This document shows, in pieces, positions 24,228 to 36,414 of a stretch of DNA of 64,000 nt (position 1 is its first letter; each line of letters opens with the position of its first letter). This DNA comes from Pavona decussata (lineage: Eukaryota), in contig CDRNST010000273.1 of the NCBI GenBank assembly GCA_977016875.1, positions 2,976,001 through 3,040,000 on the forward strand, given 5' to 3'. Below the pieces are notes generated by a model. The model was given only the letters and a program-made list of their open reading frames with translations, did no database searches and had not been told where the DNA came from. The translations under genes were made by a program, and so were the position numbers.

Positions 24228-27200
24228 TTAGTTAGAAAATAAGTATTATGGCCGATGCTTTGAGCGAGGAGTCAACCCATTCAACTTGTGAAAGGCGACC
24301 CAATGTTCCACTAGACAACGATGGAATTCGACACGAGAAATCGCTTCAATTTCGCAGAACAAGAAGTGCAGAAAAGGCAAGCATTATGAGACAAATCAAG
24401 GAACTGACGGAATGCTTTACAAACCGCAAAAACGTTGTTGAAGTTCGGAAAAAGGCACAGAAATTCGAAGAAATCGTCACAAATTTTCGAGACGCCCACA
24501 ACGCTAATCACGCCACCCTCGAAGACGATTTCGAAATTCAAGACTTGCAAGAGTATTTCGAATGCGAGAATCAACGGATCGTCAACTTTTATTGGACCCT
24601 CAACAAGTGGTTCTCAAAGGCGGAAAGCAAATCTCTCAAAGGGGCGGAAAGTGAAATAAACCCGTATGACTCGGTCAGCAATACTGGTTCCAGATCCCGT
24701 ACACGCACATCGCGTGCCAAATCGTCGCATGCAAGTCTGCACTCATCGAAAACCGGATCGTCAGCTGATAGTCCTTGAACAATTGTCGCAGCGAAAAGAG
24801 CATCGTTAGCTGCTGAAGCAGCCTCTCTGCGCCAACAACAAAATTTGCAGGAAGAAGAGTTGAGGCTAAGGCAGCAGCAAGAGGAGGCCAGATTATGCCT
24901 CGAACAATGCAAACAACAACTCCAGCTCCAAACAGAAATTGCTAAGATGGAGGCTGAAGAGTATGCCCTGGCTGAACAAGGAGACCATTACGTTCGACAG
25001 CCATCCCCCGTTCAGACACAGGACCTTTAATCATTCTAGTCTCCTCCTCAGCTACGCCCATCAGCATTTGGCGCCTTAGACTAATTCTCAAAAAACATAC
25101 AAGCTACTCAAGGCTTCATTAAGGTTCCACAAGAGCAAAGGAGATCTGAAGAACCCCAACCAAATCCAGCAGTAATCAATGAACCTGGTAGCAACCTAAA
25201 CATCCTTTCATCCCAAGGAACTCCATTGTCACCCGTTATTCTGCCAAAACCAAAGCTCAGTGATTGTCGCTCAGATCATGACGGTGTTAAACATGAGCGA
25301 AGTCCATCTCCGACTACTTCAGACATTGGGGAGAAATTCGTGTGAGATATGATCGACATCCAGCGACAGGAACAACGACACAATGAGCAGCTTATGCACA
25401 TGCAGCAACATTGCGACCAGCATCTGCAACAGCTACTGGGACCGCATCAACAACTGTCTTTAACACTGACGCTGCCTCATGCTGAGGTACAGACGTTCGA
25501 TGGAGACCCTGCTAACTACTGCAATTTTATACTTTCTTTTGAAAATCTTATTGAAGCTAAGACCAAAAGCAGCAGCACAAAACTGTACTACCTCGTGCAG
25601 TACACGTCTGGTGATGTTCAAGAGCCCATGCAAAGCTGTTTGTCAATGCAACCGGATAAGGGCTATCAAGAAGCACGCAGGCTTCTAGAGACAAGATATG
25701 GCCAGCGCTACAAAATCGCCTCAGCCTTTGTTACTAAGGTTACAAACTGACCACCGATTAAGCATGAAGATGGGCTAGCCCTCCAGAAGTTTTCTGTCCT
25801 TCTCACAAGTTGCAAGAATACTCTAAAAGAGATCAGCTACCTCAATAAAATCGAAAATCCGGACAGCCTGCAGAGAGTTATAGAGAGGCTTCCCTTTCAA
25901 CTGAGGCAAAGATGGCACGATGTTGCTGATGACATTACGAACAACAAGCACAGAGAAATTACGTTTGAGAACATTGCAGGTTTTGTTGAGTCGAAGGCCA
26001 GAGCCTTAAATCACCCGGTATTTGGAACCATCAAAACCGAACAAAGAAAGCAAGGAAAGATTCCCAACAACCGCAGACCCCGACGCGGTGACAACTTTGC
26101 GACTATGGGAGGTGATCCCATCAGTGAGAACAGTGAAGAACAACGTGATGCAACAAAGGCTACGTCTAAGTGCCACTTATGCAAGGGCGACTACTGGTTG
26201 ACCTGTTGTTGCCAATTCAAGAAGCAGACCGTGGAACAGAGGCTACCATTTGTAAGCAAGAAAGGACTGTGAGAACTGCTTCCAACCTGGCCATACAGTG
26301 AGATCCTGACCGAAGAACAGTTATTGCAAAATCCCTACTTGCCGCACAAAGCAGTTGACATTTCTGCATCCAAAGTCACCAGATCGCAACGACGGGGACC
26401 TCCCTTCTAACAAAAGTCCGATTAACGAACGCGACAGAAGAGCGACTGGAATCAACAACGGCAACGCACAGAATGGTTATGTCAGTGGTGATAGTCAATT
26501 TGCTCTAACTGGGACCGGTATCTCAACGATTGGTCTCCCCATTGTATCTGTCAAGGTCAGGGCCAGAAGTGCAGACCCCCCAGGTATTAACTTGCGCATC
26601 CTTGGATAGCGGATCAAACACAACATTCTGCAGTCATCAACTCATGGAAATGTTACCTGTCGATGGTGAACAGACCACCCTCCAATTGACGACCTTGGGG
26701 AAGCAGAATAGCGTGACGGAGTGCAGAGTTTTCAGGCTGGAAGTGCTCGCCTTGGACGAACAAAACTTTGTCAAGCTACCGACTATCTTCTCGACCCTGC
26801 AACTACCAGTCAGTAAAGACAGCATCCCACAACAAGGCGACGTAAGCAAGTATCCTCACCTCAAAGACATTCAGCTGCCCAAAATCGACGCCCCTATTGG
26901 CCTTCTGATCGGAAATGATGCGGTGAACGCTTTAGAACCTAAACAAGTGATAGGAAGTAAGGACAAAGGTGCGTATGCAGTAAAAAAAAAATCTTTGGAT
27001 GGACGCTCAATGGACCTCTGGACCGAAAGGGAAATTCATGTCGCACTGCAAATTTCATCAAAGCCGACGATGAACTCAGCCAACAGTTCGCAAGGTTCTG
27101 CAACCAAGAGTTCAGTGACGCAGCATACAACAAGGATGCAGGGTTGTGCATAGAAGACTTACATGCATTTGGCATCATGGAGCAGTCTGTCAAGCTGAAG

Positions 27201-28780
27201 GCGGGTCATTACGAAGTAGCTTTACCCTGGAGGCACACTCCGCCTAACCTTTTGAACAACTGACCGTTAGCAGAACACCGCCTGGAGTTGTTACGAAGAA
27301 GGCTGCTTAAGAACCAAGAGCTTCATTCGAAGTATTCTGCGTTCATCGACGACTTGCTGAAGAATGGCCACGCCCGCAAGGTGCCAAGAGATTGGCTGGA
27401 CAATCCTGTCGGCGCAGTGTGGTACCTACCCCACCATCCTGTCCTTAATGTGAACAAGCCAGGCACGATCCGTGTTGTTTTCGACTGCACAGCAAAACAC
27501 CACAGAACATCACTCAACGACCAATTTCTTCAGGGACCTGACCTAACAAACAACCTGGTTGGTGTCCTGACGCCCTTCCCACAGGAGCCTATCGCCCTTA
27601 TGGCAGACGTTAAATCAATGTTTCATCAGGTACGTGACAGTCCCGATGACTGTGACGCTCTACAGTTTCTCTGGTGGCCGAACAATGATTTGAACAGTGA
27701 GCCAGAAGAATATCAGATGATGGTGCATCTCTTTGGCGCTACATCATCACCAAGCTGCGCTAACTTTGCTCTTCAGCGAACCGCAGACGACAATCAGCAA
27801 GAATTTAGCAAGGAGGCAGTTGATAGCGTCAAAGGCAACTTCTATGTAGACGACTGCCTCAAGTCAGTCCCATCTGAAACCAAGGCCATTGGGTTTGTAA
27901 ACGAGCTCCGCACACTACTCTTGAAGGGAGGGTTCCGCTTGACAAAATGGATCTCCAACTCCTGAAAGGTCATCGATTCTATTCCATCATTTCAACTGCC
28001 AATTGAGCGAGCTTTGGGAGTCAGATGGGATGTGGAGTCTGATACCTTTGGCTTCAAGATAAGTGTAAAGGACAGGCCTGCAACCAGACGAGGAATTCTA
28101 TCAGTGGTCAGCTCGGTCTATGACCCACTAGGGTTTGCAGCTCCATTTACCCTTTCGGCGAAAGCATTGTTTCAAGACCTATGTCACAAGAATCTCGGAT
28201 GGGATAACCCCATATCGGACAAGGACCTCAATCGCTGGAGAAATTGGCTCGACGAGATTCCCAGGCTTCAAGACCTTAAGATCAACCGCTGTTTTAAGCC
28301 ATTCAACTTCGGGAAAGGTGCCTCCAGCCAGCTACAACACTTTGCAGATGCTTCCCAGCATGCATATGGTGCTGTAACCTACCAACATAAAAGGTGACGT
28401 CTACTGCCCCTTCATCATTGGCAATTCGCGGTTATCTCCACTAAAGCAGTTGACTATCCCTCGCCTAGAACTCTCAGCAGCCGTAGTAGCAACGTGATTG
28501 GATAGAATAGTCATGAAGAAAATCAGCATGCCAGTCGATCGGTCTATCTTCTGGATGGACAGCACCTGTGTTTTGGGCTACATCGCCAATGATGACAAGC
28601 GGTTTCACACCTTTGTGGCAAATCGTGTTGCTGCCATACACGAAGCCACTTCACCTAGTCAGTGGAAAGACGTCGGCACTAAACAAAACCCAGCCGATGA
28701 TGCCTCGCATGGCCTCTCAGCTGAAGCCTTACTGAAGAACAAACGTTGGATACAAGGACCAGATTTCCTTTGGAAATCAG

Positions 28781-29017
28781 GGCCCAGTTGTTCAAAGTCC
28801 GATTAAACTAATCCTGGATTAACGATAACTTTGATCGAGTTTAATTACTAATCAATAAAGATTCTTGCAAAAGAGTTTTGGCCCTCTGTTTTGACTTAGA
28901 TTTGTATTTACTTTTAGCTTGAAATTAGCCTTTAGAACCATTTTTACCATCGGGATTAAAACCTCGATTAACTTTTAATCGTGGATTAGCGTTAATCGGC
29001 TTTCGAACAACCCGGTC
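28781..29017. mobile_element. PIF/Harbinger-type MITE in BEL pol
   Basis: CAG duplicated at 28778-28780 and 29018-29020; imperfect TIRs GGCCCAGTTGTTC / GAACAACCCGGTC; removal restores LWKSEDAWP. Confidence 0.85.
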
Positions 29018-30844
29018 CAGAAGATGCATGGCCAGGCCAGCAGTATTCAGTATCAAGGGTTGCAGAGAACGACCCAGAAGACAAGAGAGAACCACAAGTG
29101 TTCTCTACCAACATAAAAGCAGGATCGACCCTTGGTCAACTCTTCGTATGCTTTCCCCAATGGCACAGCCTAAACAAATCCGTTGCTTGGATACTGCGTT
29201 ATCGGGCTAACCTAAGGAAGGCTGTTGCTCGTTGCAACTCAGGTCTCATTCTCCTCAACAAGGCAGCAAGAATAGAGCCAATCACTGTAGAGGAAATGAA
29301 CAAGGCTGAAAGAGAAATCCTGATACATGTACAGAAAGAGAGCTTCCAGGAAGAGATCGCCGCTCTAAAAATTGCAAGCTTGAAAGTCGAAAGGAAGGCA
29401 CTGCCAAACCCAATAAATCGAGTAGAATCTTCAAGCTCGACCCACAGCTGACAGACGGTCTTCTACATGTAGGTGGACGACTCCAAAAAGCCCCCTTCAG
29501 CTGGACGCAAAGCACCCAATAATTCTTCCGGCTTCACACTATGTTGTTCGTCTGATTATCAGCTTCTACCATCATACTTCTGGACACTCTGGCACGGAAC
29601 ATGTGCTCTCCTTGATCAGAGAAAGATTCTGGATCGTGAAGGCAAGAGCTGCAGTAAAAAGGGCTCTCCTCGAGGGCTCTCTCTTTCAGCTGCAGAAAGC
29701 GACAAGCACCAGTAGGAGAGCAGAAGATGGCAAACCTGCCGCAAGACAGGAACACTCCAGACAAGCTCCCACACACCTATGTCGGTGTTGACTGCTTTGG
29801 GCCCTTTTTGGTTCACCGCGGGAGAAGCCACGCCAAGGAATATGGTGTGGTTTTCACCTGGCTGACCGTACGCGCAATCCACTGCATGCGTTGTTTCATT
29901 GCCAGAAGGGGACAGCCAGAACAGATAAGATCAGATGATGGCGGAAACTTTGTGCGGGGCGAAAGGGAGCTGCGAGACGCCATCGACTGATGGAACCAGG
30001 AAATCATCGCGGAATTCCTTTTGCAAGAAAATGTCCAGTGGATTTTCAACCCTAGAGCACACTCTCACGACGGTGGCGTACGGAAGCGCTGCATTTGCAC
30101 CATTCGAAAGGTGGTGAGTGCTCTATTAAAGCAGCAGGTCCTAGACGATGAAGAGCTTGCCACTCTTATGTGCGAGGTCGAATCCATAGTCAATGGGAGG
30201 CTCCTAACAAAAGTGTCCGACGATCCAAGAGACCTTGAGGCCCTTACACCAAATCACCTTCTTCTGTTACCGTCTGGTACTACACTGCCGCCTGGCATTT
30301 TCAGTGAGGAAGACGTCTATTCCCGTCGGAGGTGGCGACAAGTTCAATATCTATCAGAAGTGTTCTCGCGTTGGTGGCTGAAGGAATATCTTCCTAGTCT
30401 GCAAGAAAGGCAGAAGTGGACCAGATTGGCAGTCAACTTCGAGGTTGAAGACATCGTCCTCATAGTAGACGAAAACTCTCCAAGGAATTCGTGGCCCCTT
30501 GGTTGTATTCAGGAAGTAAGACCCAACAAGGGAGATGGACTTGTGAGAAGAGTCCTATTGAAGACCAAAACATCAATCCTGGAACGCCGCATTAACAAGA
30601 TCGTTCCAATGGAGGCGCCTAGGCTCCACGAGAGTAGCCGAGAACGACAGACCTTGTCGATGTCTCTTGCCTTAGAAGTTTGTTTACGACGTCAAAGGGA
30701 ACAATATTCTCCTGATTTGAACGAACTGACATTAACTAATTGACATTTTTAGATCGTAATTGATTAAGAACGATTTCTCAAGTTTATTCATTTGAATCAT
30801 TCAATTCAGTATAAATGCTTTAATGCCGCATTTAGGGGCCAGAA

Positions 30845-31278
30845 TGTAAGATTCAAACTTCTTATTTGTTATTTGATTACCTTTTCCCACACACGACTAT
30901 TACATAATTCTATTTACACGCGTGTGACATTATGTTACACAATAACGCATTCATATATTCAATTGTCTCGTGCTTTGCTCGCTCTTGTACTACTTGTAAT
31001 TTCCATCGTTTAATTCAAGTTTTGTCGTCCTCTTCTTCGCTAACCGGATCAGAGGAATATTTGTAAGTTTACTTTATGTAATGTTATTATATGTTATTAT
31101 TTTCGTTAGTTTCTTAGAATTATTGTCATTTATTTATTTCAGTCGAATCATTGTTATTCTTAATTGTACAGGTTTCAAATATGGTCTGCAAGTCAAATGC
31201 GTTTGGAATAAACCCTTGATTCTTGAGTGAGCATTAAATGGAAATTTTAATCGTCAACGCTTTGGTTTGGTGCTTACA
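30845..31278 (+). repeat. BEL 3' LTR
   Basis: TGTAAGA...GCTTACA, preceded by purine-rich AGGGGCCAGAA. Confidence 0.95.
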
Positions 31279-33029
31279 CAAACAGTCTTGTGTCTTTGTT
31301 GTATGGGTTTTCCCAATAACTTTAAAGGGTAAAGTGTGGTAGATGGGTGTACTGTCACTTTCCACATCATCAGAGCTGCCACTTTCTTCTGTGCTATATT
31401 CAGTAACAGATTTCATTGACTTTTCAGAAGAGCTGGAAGTGGCTTTTGAAATATGGGAAACGTCACTTTCAGAAGTTGAACTTTGATTCTCATCACCAAC
31501 AACAACAATCTTCATTTTCCTGAAAGTAAACCGAAATTGACTAAAATGAAAAGGAAACAAATCAAGAGCTTACGAAACCTCAATGCGGTATTTCAATACT
31601 ATCCTCAAACAAAAAACTAATCTATTTAAGAGAGTAACGTTTTTCTTTCTCCATAGCACCTCCCTGGTGGATGAAGCTAAAAAAATGAGCAAGATTTGCA
31701 ATGTGTTACGCTTAATCAATGCAAAAAGGACGTTCACTCGCACCTTAGGGAACAAAAGATTGGGTCTATGAAGAAATTCAGGACGAAATAGTGTTGTTGC
31801 TAGAAAGGGCAGGTAAAGAGTTTTCATTTGAGTGAAACTGAGAGCATGAAAGAACATTTTATTTCCTTTTCTGATTTTCCCCTATTTTTTTAAACAGAAA
31901 CCCACTGCTATACATTACTTGACTTTATTCCAGGACAAATTTTCGCACTGTCATCACAAGCTCAAATGTTGACATAGTTTATTCCTGTGCTTTTTGCGCC
32001 CTTGTGTATCACATTTCACTTGTCACGCAATGAACGTTATTCGTGTTGTTCAAAACGTTGAATCTCTAATATGCGGAATTTGAGACAATTTTCAGCCTTG
32101 CCTCGGGGATGTAATATCGCCAGATATGTGAGTAATGATTGCAGACAGGTAAGAGCATTTCTTTATATCTAGTTTTTAGTTGTGTTATCCAGTTGTGATT
32201 GAATGCGTCAAGTAGTCAGTAACAATGTTGCACTATTCTTCAGTATTTTCGACAAACACACAGAAAAACAAAGCTTGGTTGGCAAGTGTATTTATACAGA
32301 TGGGCATACAGAAGATTATTTGTTTCTACTTTCTGGTCAAATGTATACAGAGGTAAAACAACGGACGCGTTTCATCCATGTGGCAAGTTGAGAAATGGCT
32401 GATGTTGACATTTACGTCGGTGCGCGATTTTTTCCGTTTTTTCTTGCGGTGGACTTCATTCGTAATATTTTAGGCAAATTCTGTTTTAGGCCACGTAAAA
32501 AGGGAGCATTTATTATGACAATGACAATGATATACTTTTTTGAACACTCCCCAGAGGGGCTTTTTGCACTTTCTAGCTACACTTTCATTTACACTTTCTA
32601 GCTTAAAAATAACGGTAGTTTGGAAGTGTAGCATGATATGAGAGACAGGGACTGATTTCCGAGTTATTTCCCTGGGAACGGCTCTTTCATCCCGCTTGAA
32701 CGACTCAATATAAACTCGAAAATTTCACCTGAAAAGAATCATTTGATAACTTCATGCTAATATGGGGAGCACTCAAGTTTAAAGCTAGTTATTTACGTGT
32801 ATAAAAGCATAAAATGAAACCAGAGACCTTGCCTTTTATCTAAAAGCTTCCGTGAACTGTATTGACACGTGCAAAGTAACAGGAGGAACATGAAGTACTG
32901 AAATGGCGAATTGTGTCAAAGTGCATTCCACAAATCTCGACCTAACGCGCTCACTTTTCACGGGCCAAACTAAATATTTTAACATGATAAATAAGAACAA
33001 TTGCCCATTCAAAAAGGTTATTTCATTAC

Positions 33030-34031
33030 CAGTGTATTCGTATACCCCTGATGACATGGTCATCTGAAATATGGCAAAAAATCATTATATCTAAGGAATA
33101 GCAAACGTTGTATTCTTTACGTGGGCAACTTCAAATAAAAGAATGTTCAGGTTGAGATAAAATATAGTTTGGAAACAAGCACAAGGGATGTAAAAACGAT
33201 TGTGAAAGTATCAACTCGAGAAAACGTTGCCTTGTCTTGAACGAGAATTTTGAAAATGTGCCAATTTGCATAATTTCAATCAAGCCATCAGGCATGTTTT
33301 GGCTGATTTCGAATTTTCCGTCGCCGGATTCTCGAAAGTTACTGACAATGACTGTTAAGCTAAAATTCAAAAATTAAGCACAGATCCATTCATAACCATA
33401 AAAAAACATACCTCAGAACAGCGAAATACCAACAGATCCGAATCTTCACTGAGAACTGCGTAAATCAGCTGATTTTTGTTCAAATACGCAAGTTGTGTAT
33501 CAGCTTCAAAAGGGGCAACAATGTAATCCATATTTTCCTCCCATAGAATCTGATAAGAGATCGATCCAAAGGAAATTAATTGAAAAGTAGCGGAAACTAG
33601 AAACACTTAAAATATTACTGCAGGCACTTTTTCATGTGATCAGTGAAACTTCAAAACAATATCTCCCCTTCAGGAGTTTATGAGATATTTCACATGTAAT
33701 TTTTAACGCTGTCCTGAAGTGATCGATAGCTATTGATTCATTCCCGCTTCGCCACAATTTTTCTGCCTTTGTCGCATTTTCATTGTGAGACCTTTAGAGG
33801 GAAAACAAAAATTTGAGTTAACATAATAAGTACTACTTAAAGTGTAATCTTACTGAATTAACCCACCTTTCCCGTTTCTCTCTCATCATTTTCTTGGCCT
33901 CTAAATTCTGCCCATCAAACACAGGAACAGGTTTTATTCCCAGGGAAAGAAGTACATCGAACAGCTGCTCAGGATAATAGAGAAACCTATAAACAAATGT
34001 GCAAATGTGTAAGGAGACCTTGTATGCCCAA
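33030..34031 (-). pseudogene. EXO1-like XPG/FEN-family nuclease, spliced and decayed
   Basis: (M)GIQGLLT start; exons 33986-33867 (GIKPVPVFDG), 33791-33668, 33549-33412 (APFEADTQLAYL...SEDSDLLVF). Most of exon 1 and the H3TH region are deleted and one donor is mutated. Confidence 0.88.
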
Positions 34032-35179
34032 ATCTCGCTCAGTGAAACTTTTGTTTGGTCTATTTCCAGTATTTATACCACTAGCTGCATAACCGATCAG
34101 CTGTTTTGATAACCACTCGTTAAAACAGCCTCTTGTATTTCATCACCTTGGAGAGTGCCTTAAAAGAACCTTCCACCTCGGCGGTCAGTTGCCAAAGAGG
34201 CAATTTCATGTCCAACCTCCTCCGAGATAATGCCAAAAAGGTAGTAAAGCTGGAAAATGTTATCGAAGGGGTACGTATTTTATTCATCAAATAAGGTCGA
34301 ACATTAACTATTTTTACAACAAACTGTACAATAACTCTCTGATTTTGGCACTTTTAACTGTATTCTAGACAGTACGATAGGGGGAAGAACAGGAACTTTA
34401 CTTCTGTTTGTCATCATAACAGTACAATGATACAGTTTGGCTGACTGACAAGAGTATGCTCCCTACTTTGTGTGATGTGTGGTGTACGCCTATTACTCGA
34501 CAAAATCCTTCTGATTTATTTGACGTTATGAAAAGGTTCAATAAACAGCAAATCATGTTTACTTTCTAAAATTCCAAATTACTTCAGATTTGTTTTGGTC
34601 ATAGTTATTAGACGATATTTGGTCCACTTACAGCTTTAATTTGGGTCAAGCCCAGGACGATGTCTAACTTGGAAGAGCTCCCATGTAAAAGTGATGGGAG
34701 TGCTCACATGGGATATCAATTTTGAACTGTTAGTGGTAAATAGTTTAAAAAAGTGAAGTATATTAATAAAGGTATCCTACTTGTAAATGGGTACCGTGAT
34801 AACCACAAATACTGTGGACATTTAAGATTTAATGCCCTAATTGGTACCAAAACGTGCCTCAGTACATAATGGGAAACCTTCATCTCCTTCAAATAAAGTA
34901 ATCTGTTAACAGGACCTTCAGGGGAGCTCGGTCACTAGCACTGTGTGCAGCTCTTGTTTACATACAAAGAGCCAGAGAGTGAAAAAATGTTGGCACCTGC
35001 ACATTTGACAAGTACAAGGGGAATTTTAAGCTACCTTTTACTTGAAACAGATAATCTCATATGTTTTAGATGCTGCTGAAAGCCATAAGAGCATCTTTAT
35101 ACGGCAGTGTGCCATTCATTCCTAGACCTATTTACATTTCAATACATATATGAAAAGGGATCATTCCAAACCTTATCGG

Positions 35180-35900
35180 CTGACAGGTTTTGATTATATT
35201 CCCTAAGGCTAGAAAAACAGAACCTGTCTACATGGACTCGAGTGATGAAGAAGAGATTGAAGTAAAAGTCAAGTCCCAAAGTAGAGGGTCCTTTGACTGA
35301 GATCCAAGACGGTGTCCCTCCAGCCTCAAACAAAGAAAATGATGACTCTGAGAAACAACCTGTGTTTGAAAGACCGGTAAAAAGGCTATAGGCAGAACGA
35401 TTACTTAACATCATTGTGGGTGGTTAGGTAAAGAAGGACAAACTCTGCAAACTAGTACCACACGGCATTTACCAGCATGCTTCATTTATTGTAGAAACTA
35501 AATCTGTGGGCTGTACCAACATCATCAGTTTTCAAGACAACGGTAGCTGGTCAGGGCACGGTAAGCCAAGAAGGAAGTATCGGTATAACATTTCAGATGA
35601 CACGGGAATGGCCAAAGTGCAAGAGTATCATTCAAATGATTCACAAGAGTTACCCAGCAATGTGTACACATTGGGTCAGAATTATTTCTGACACGCACAC
35701 GCCGGAGTTCAGAAAGATCATAGCAATCATCCTAGACGAAACAGGAAATGTTTTCCCCATAGCTGTCGTCCAGTATTTCTTTGAGGAAGGTATTTAAGTT
35801 CCTGTTAATTTAGCTAAGCATCGGAACTCCAAGAAAGAGGATGCCTTGCCTTACATGTGAACCTCGTGACCAGTTCTTCAACACTTAAGAGAAAATGCAC
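35180..35900 (+). pseudogene. N-terminal fragment of a putative MULE-like transposase
   Basis: FIVE...QDNGSW...HTPEFRKII...VQYFF...KHRNSKK...PY, a pattern I associate with invertebrate Mutator-like proteins; catalytic region absent. Confidence 0.45.
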
Positions 35901-36414
35901 CGAACAAAGTTGCAGGACGGTTGAAGAAGAATTTACAAGTAAATTTACTCGTATTGCCTGAATACAAAGGCGTTCAAGAGCACACACTATGTATATGCAA
36001 CTTTGAATATTAAATAAATTTAGCGCTGATCTACGTAGTGAAAAACAATTATGTCTACAGCTGTTTCGACAAAGGTTAATAGGACAGTTGAAAGGTAGTC
36101 TGGGAAAAACCTATAAATTTCAAAAAAAGTTGGCGGGCAATATCGAGTCTGAGCTTTTACTGAAATTTATTGACGTGCTTTGCTGAAGTAGGCTGTACAA
36201 CGTTTTTTCTTAGATTCTTTGATTATTTCTTTTCTGACTTTTCTATAACTTGTAAAGTCCTTCGGGTGCATTATCAAACACATTACCATTTCTTTGTCTG
36301 AGTACTGAACGCAAAAGTCTTGCTATGATTGAGCGAGGTGTGTTACTACCATTGCATTTTTCTAGGCGATGAATAATTTAGAACTCCGCCAAGCGCTTGT
36401 AATCACCCAATCTC

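Larger units (their letters stand above)
23790..31278 (+). mobile_element. full-length BEL/Pao LTR retrotransposon with many stops and frameshifts
   Basis: Two LTRs, TSD CAAAC at 23785-23789 and 31279-31283; gag FDGDP; protease LDSGS; RT YLPHHPV, HLFGATSSP, FYVDD; RNase H FADAS, IPRLEL, NPADDAS; integrase VDCFGP, LTPNHLL. Confidence 0.97.
23660..31520 (-). pseudogene. HIRAN-like domain gene interrupted by the BEL element
   Basis: Joining across the TSD gives HTLPFKVIGKTHTTKTQDCL-DEALTKMKGGETVSAMLKPEQENDFDRKAIAVHLDYG in frame, preceded by a Ser/acidic linker. Confidence 0.75.

Noticed and set aside
33030-34031. the functional host EXO1 gene
   Set aside because: No ATG, most of exon 1 deleted, a mutated donor, and the H3TH region missing.
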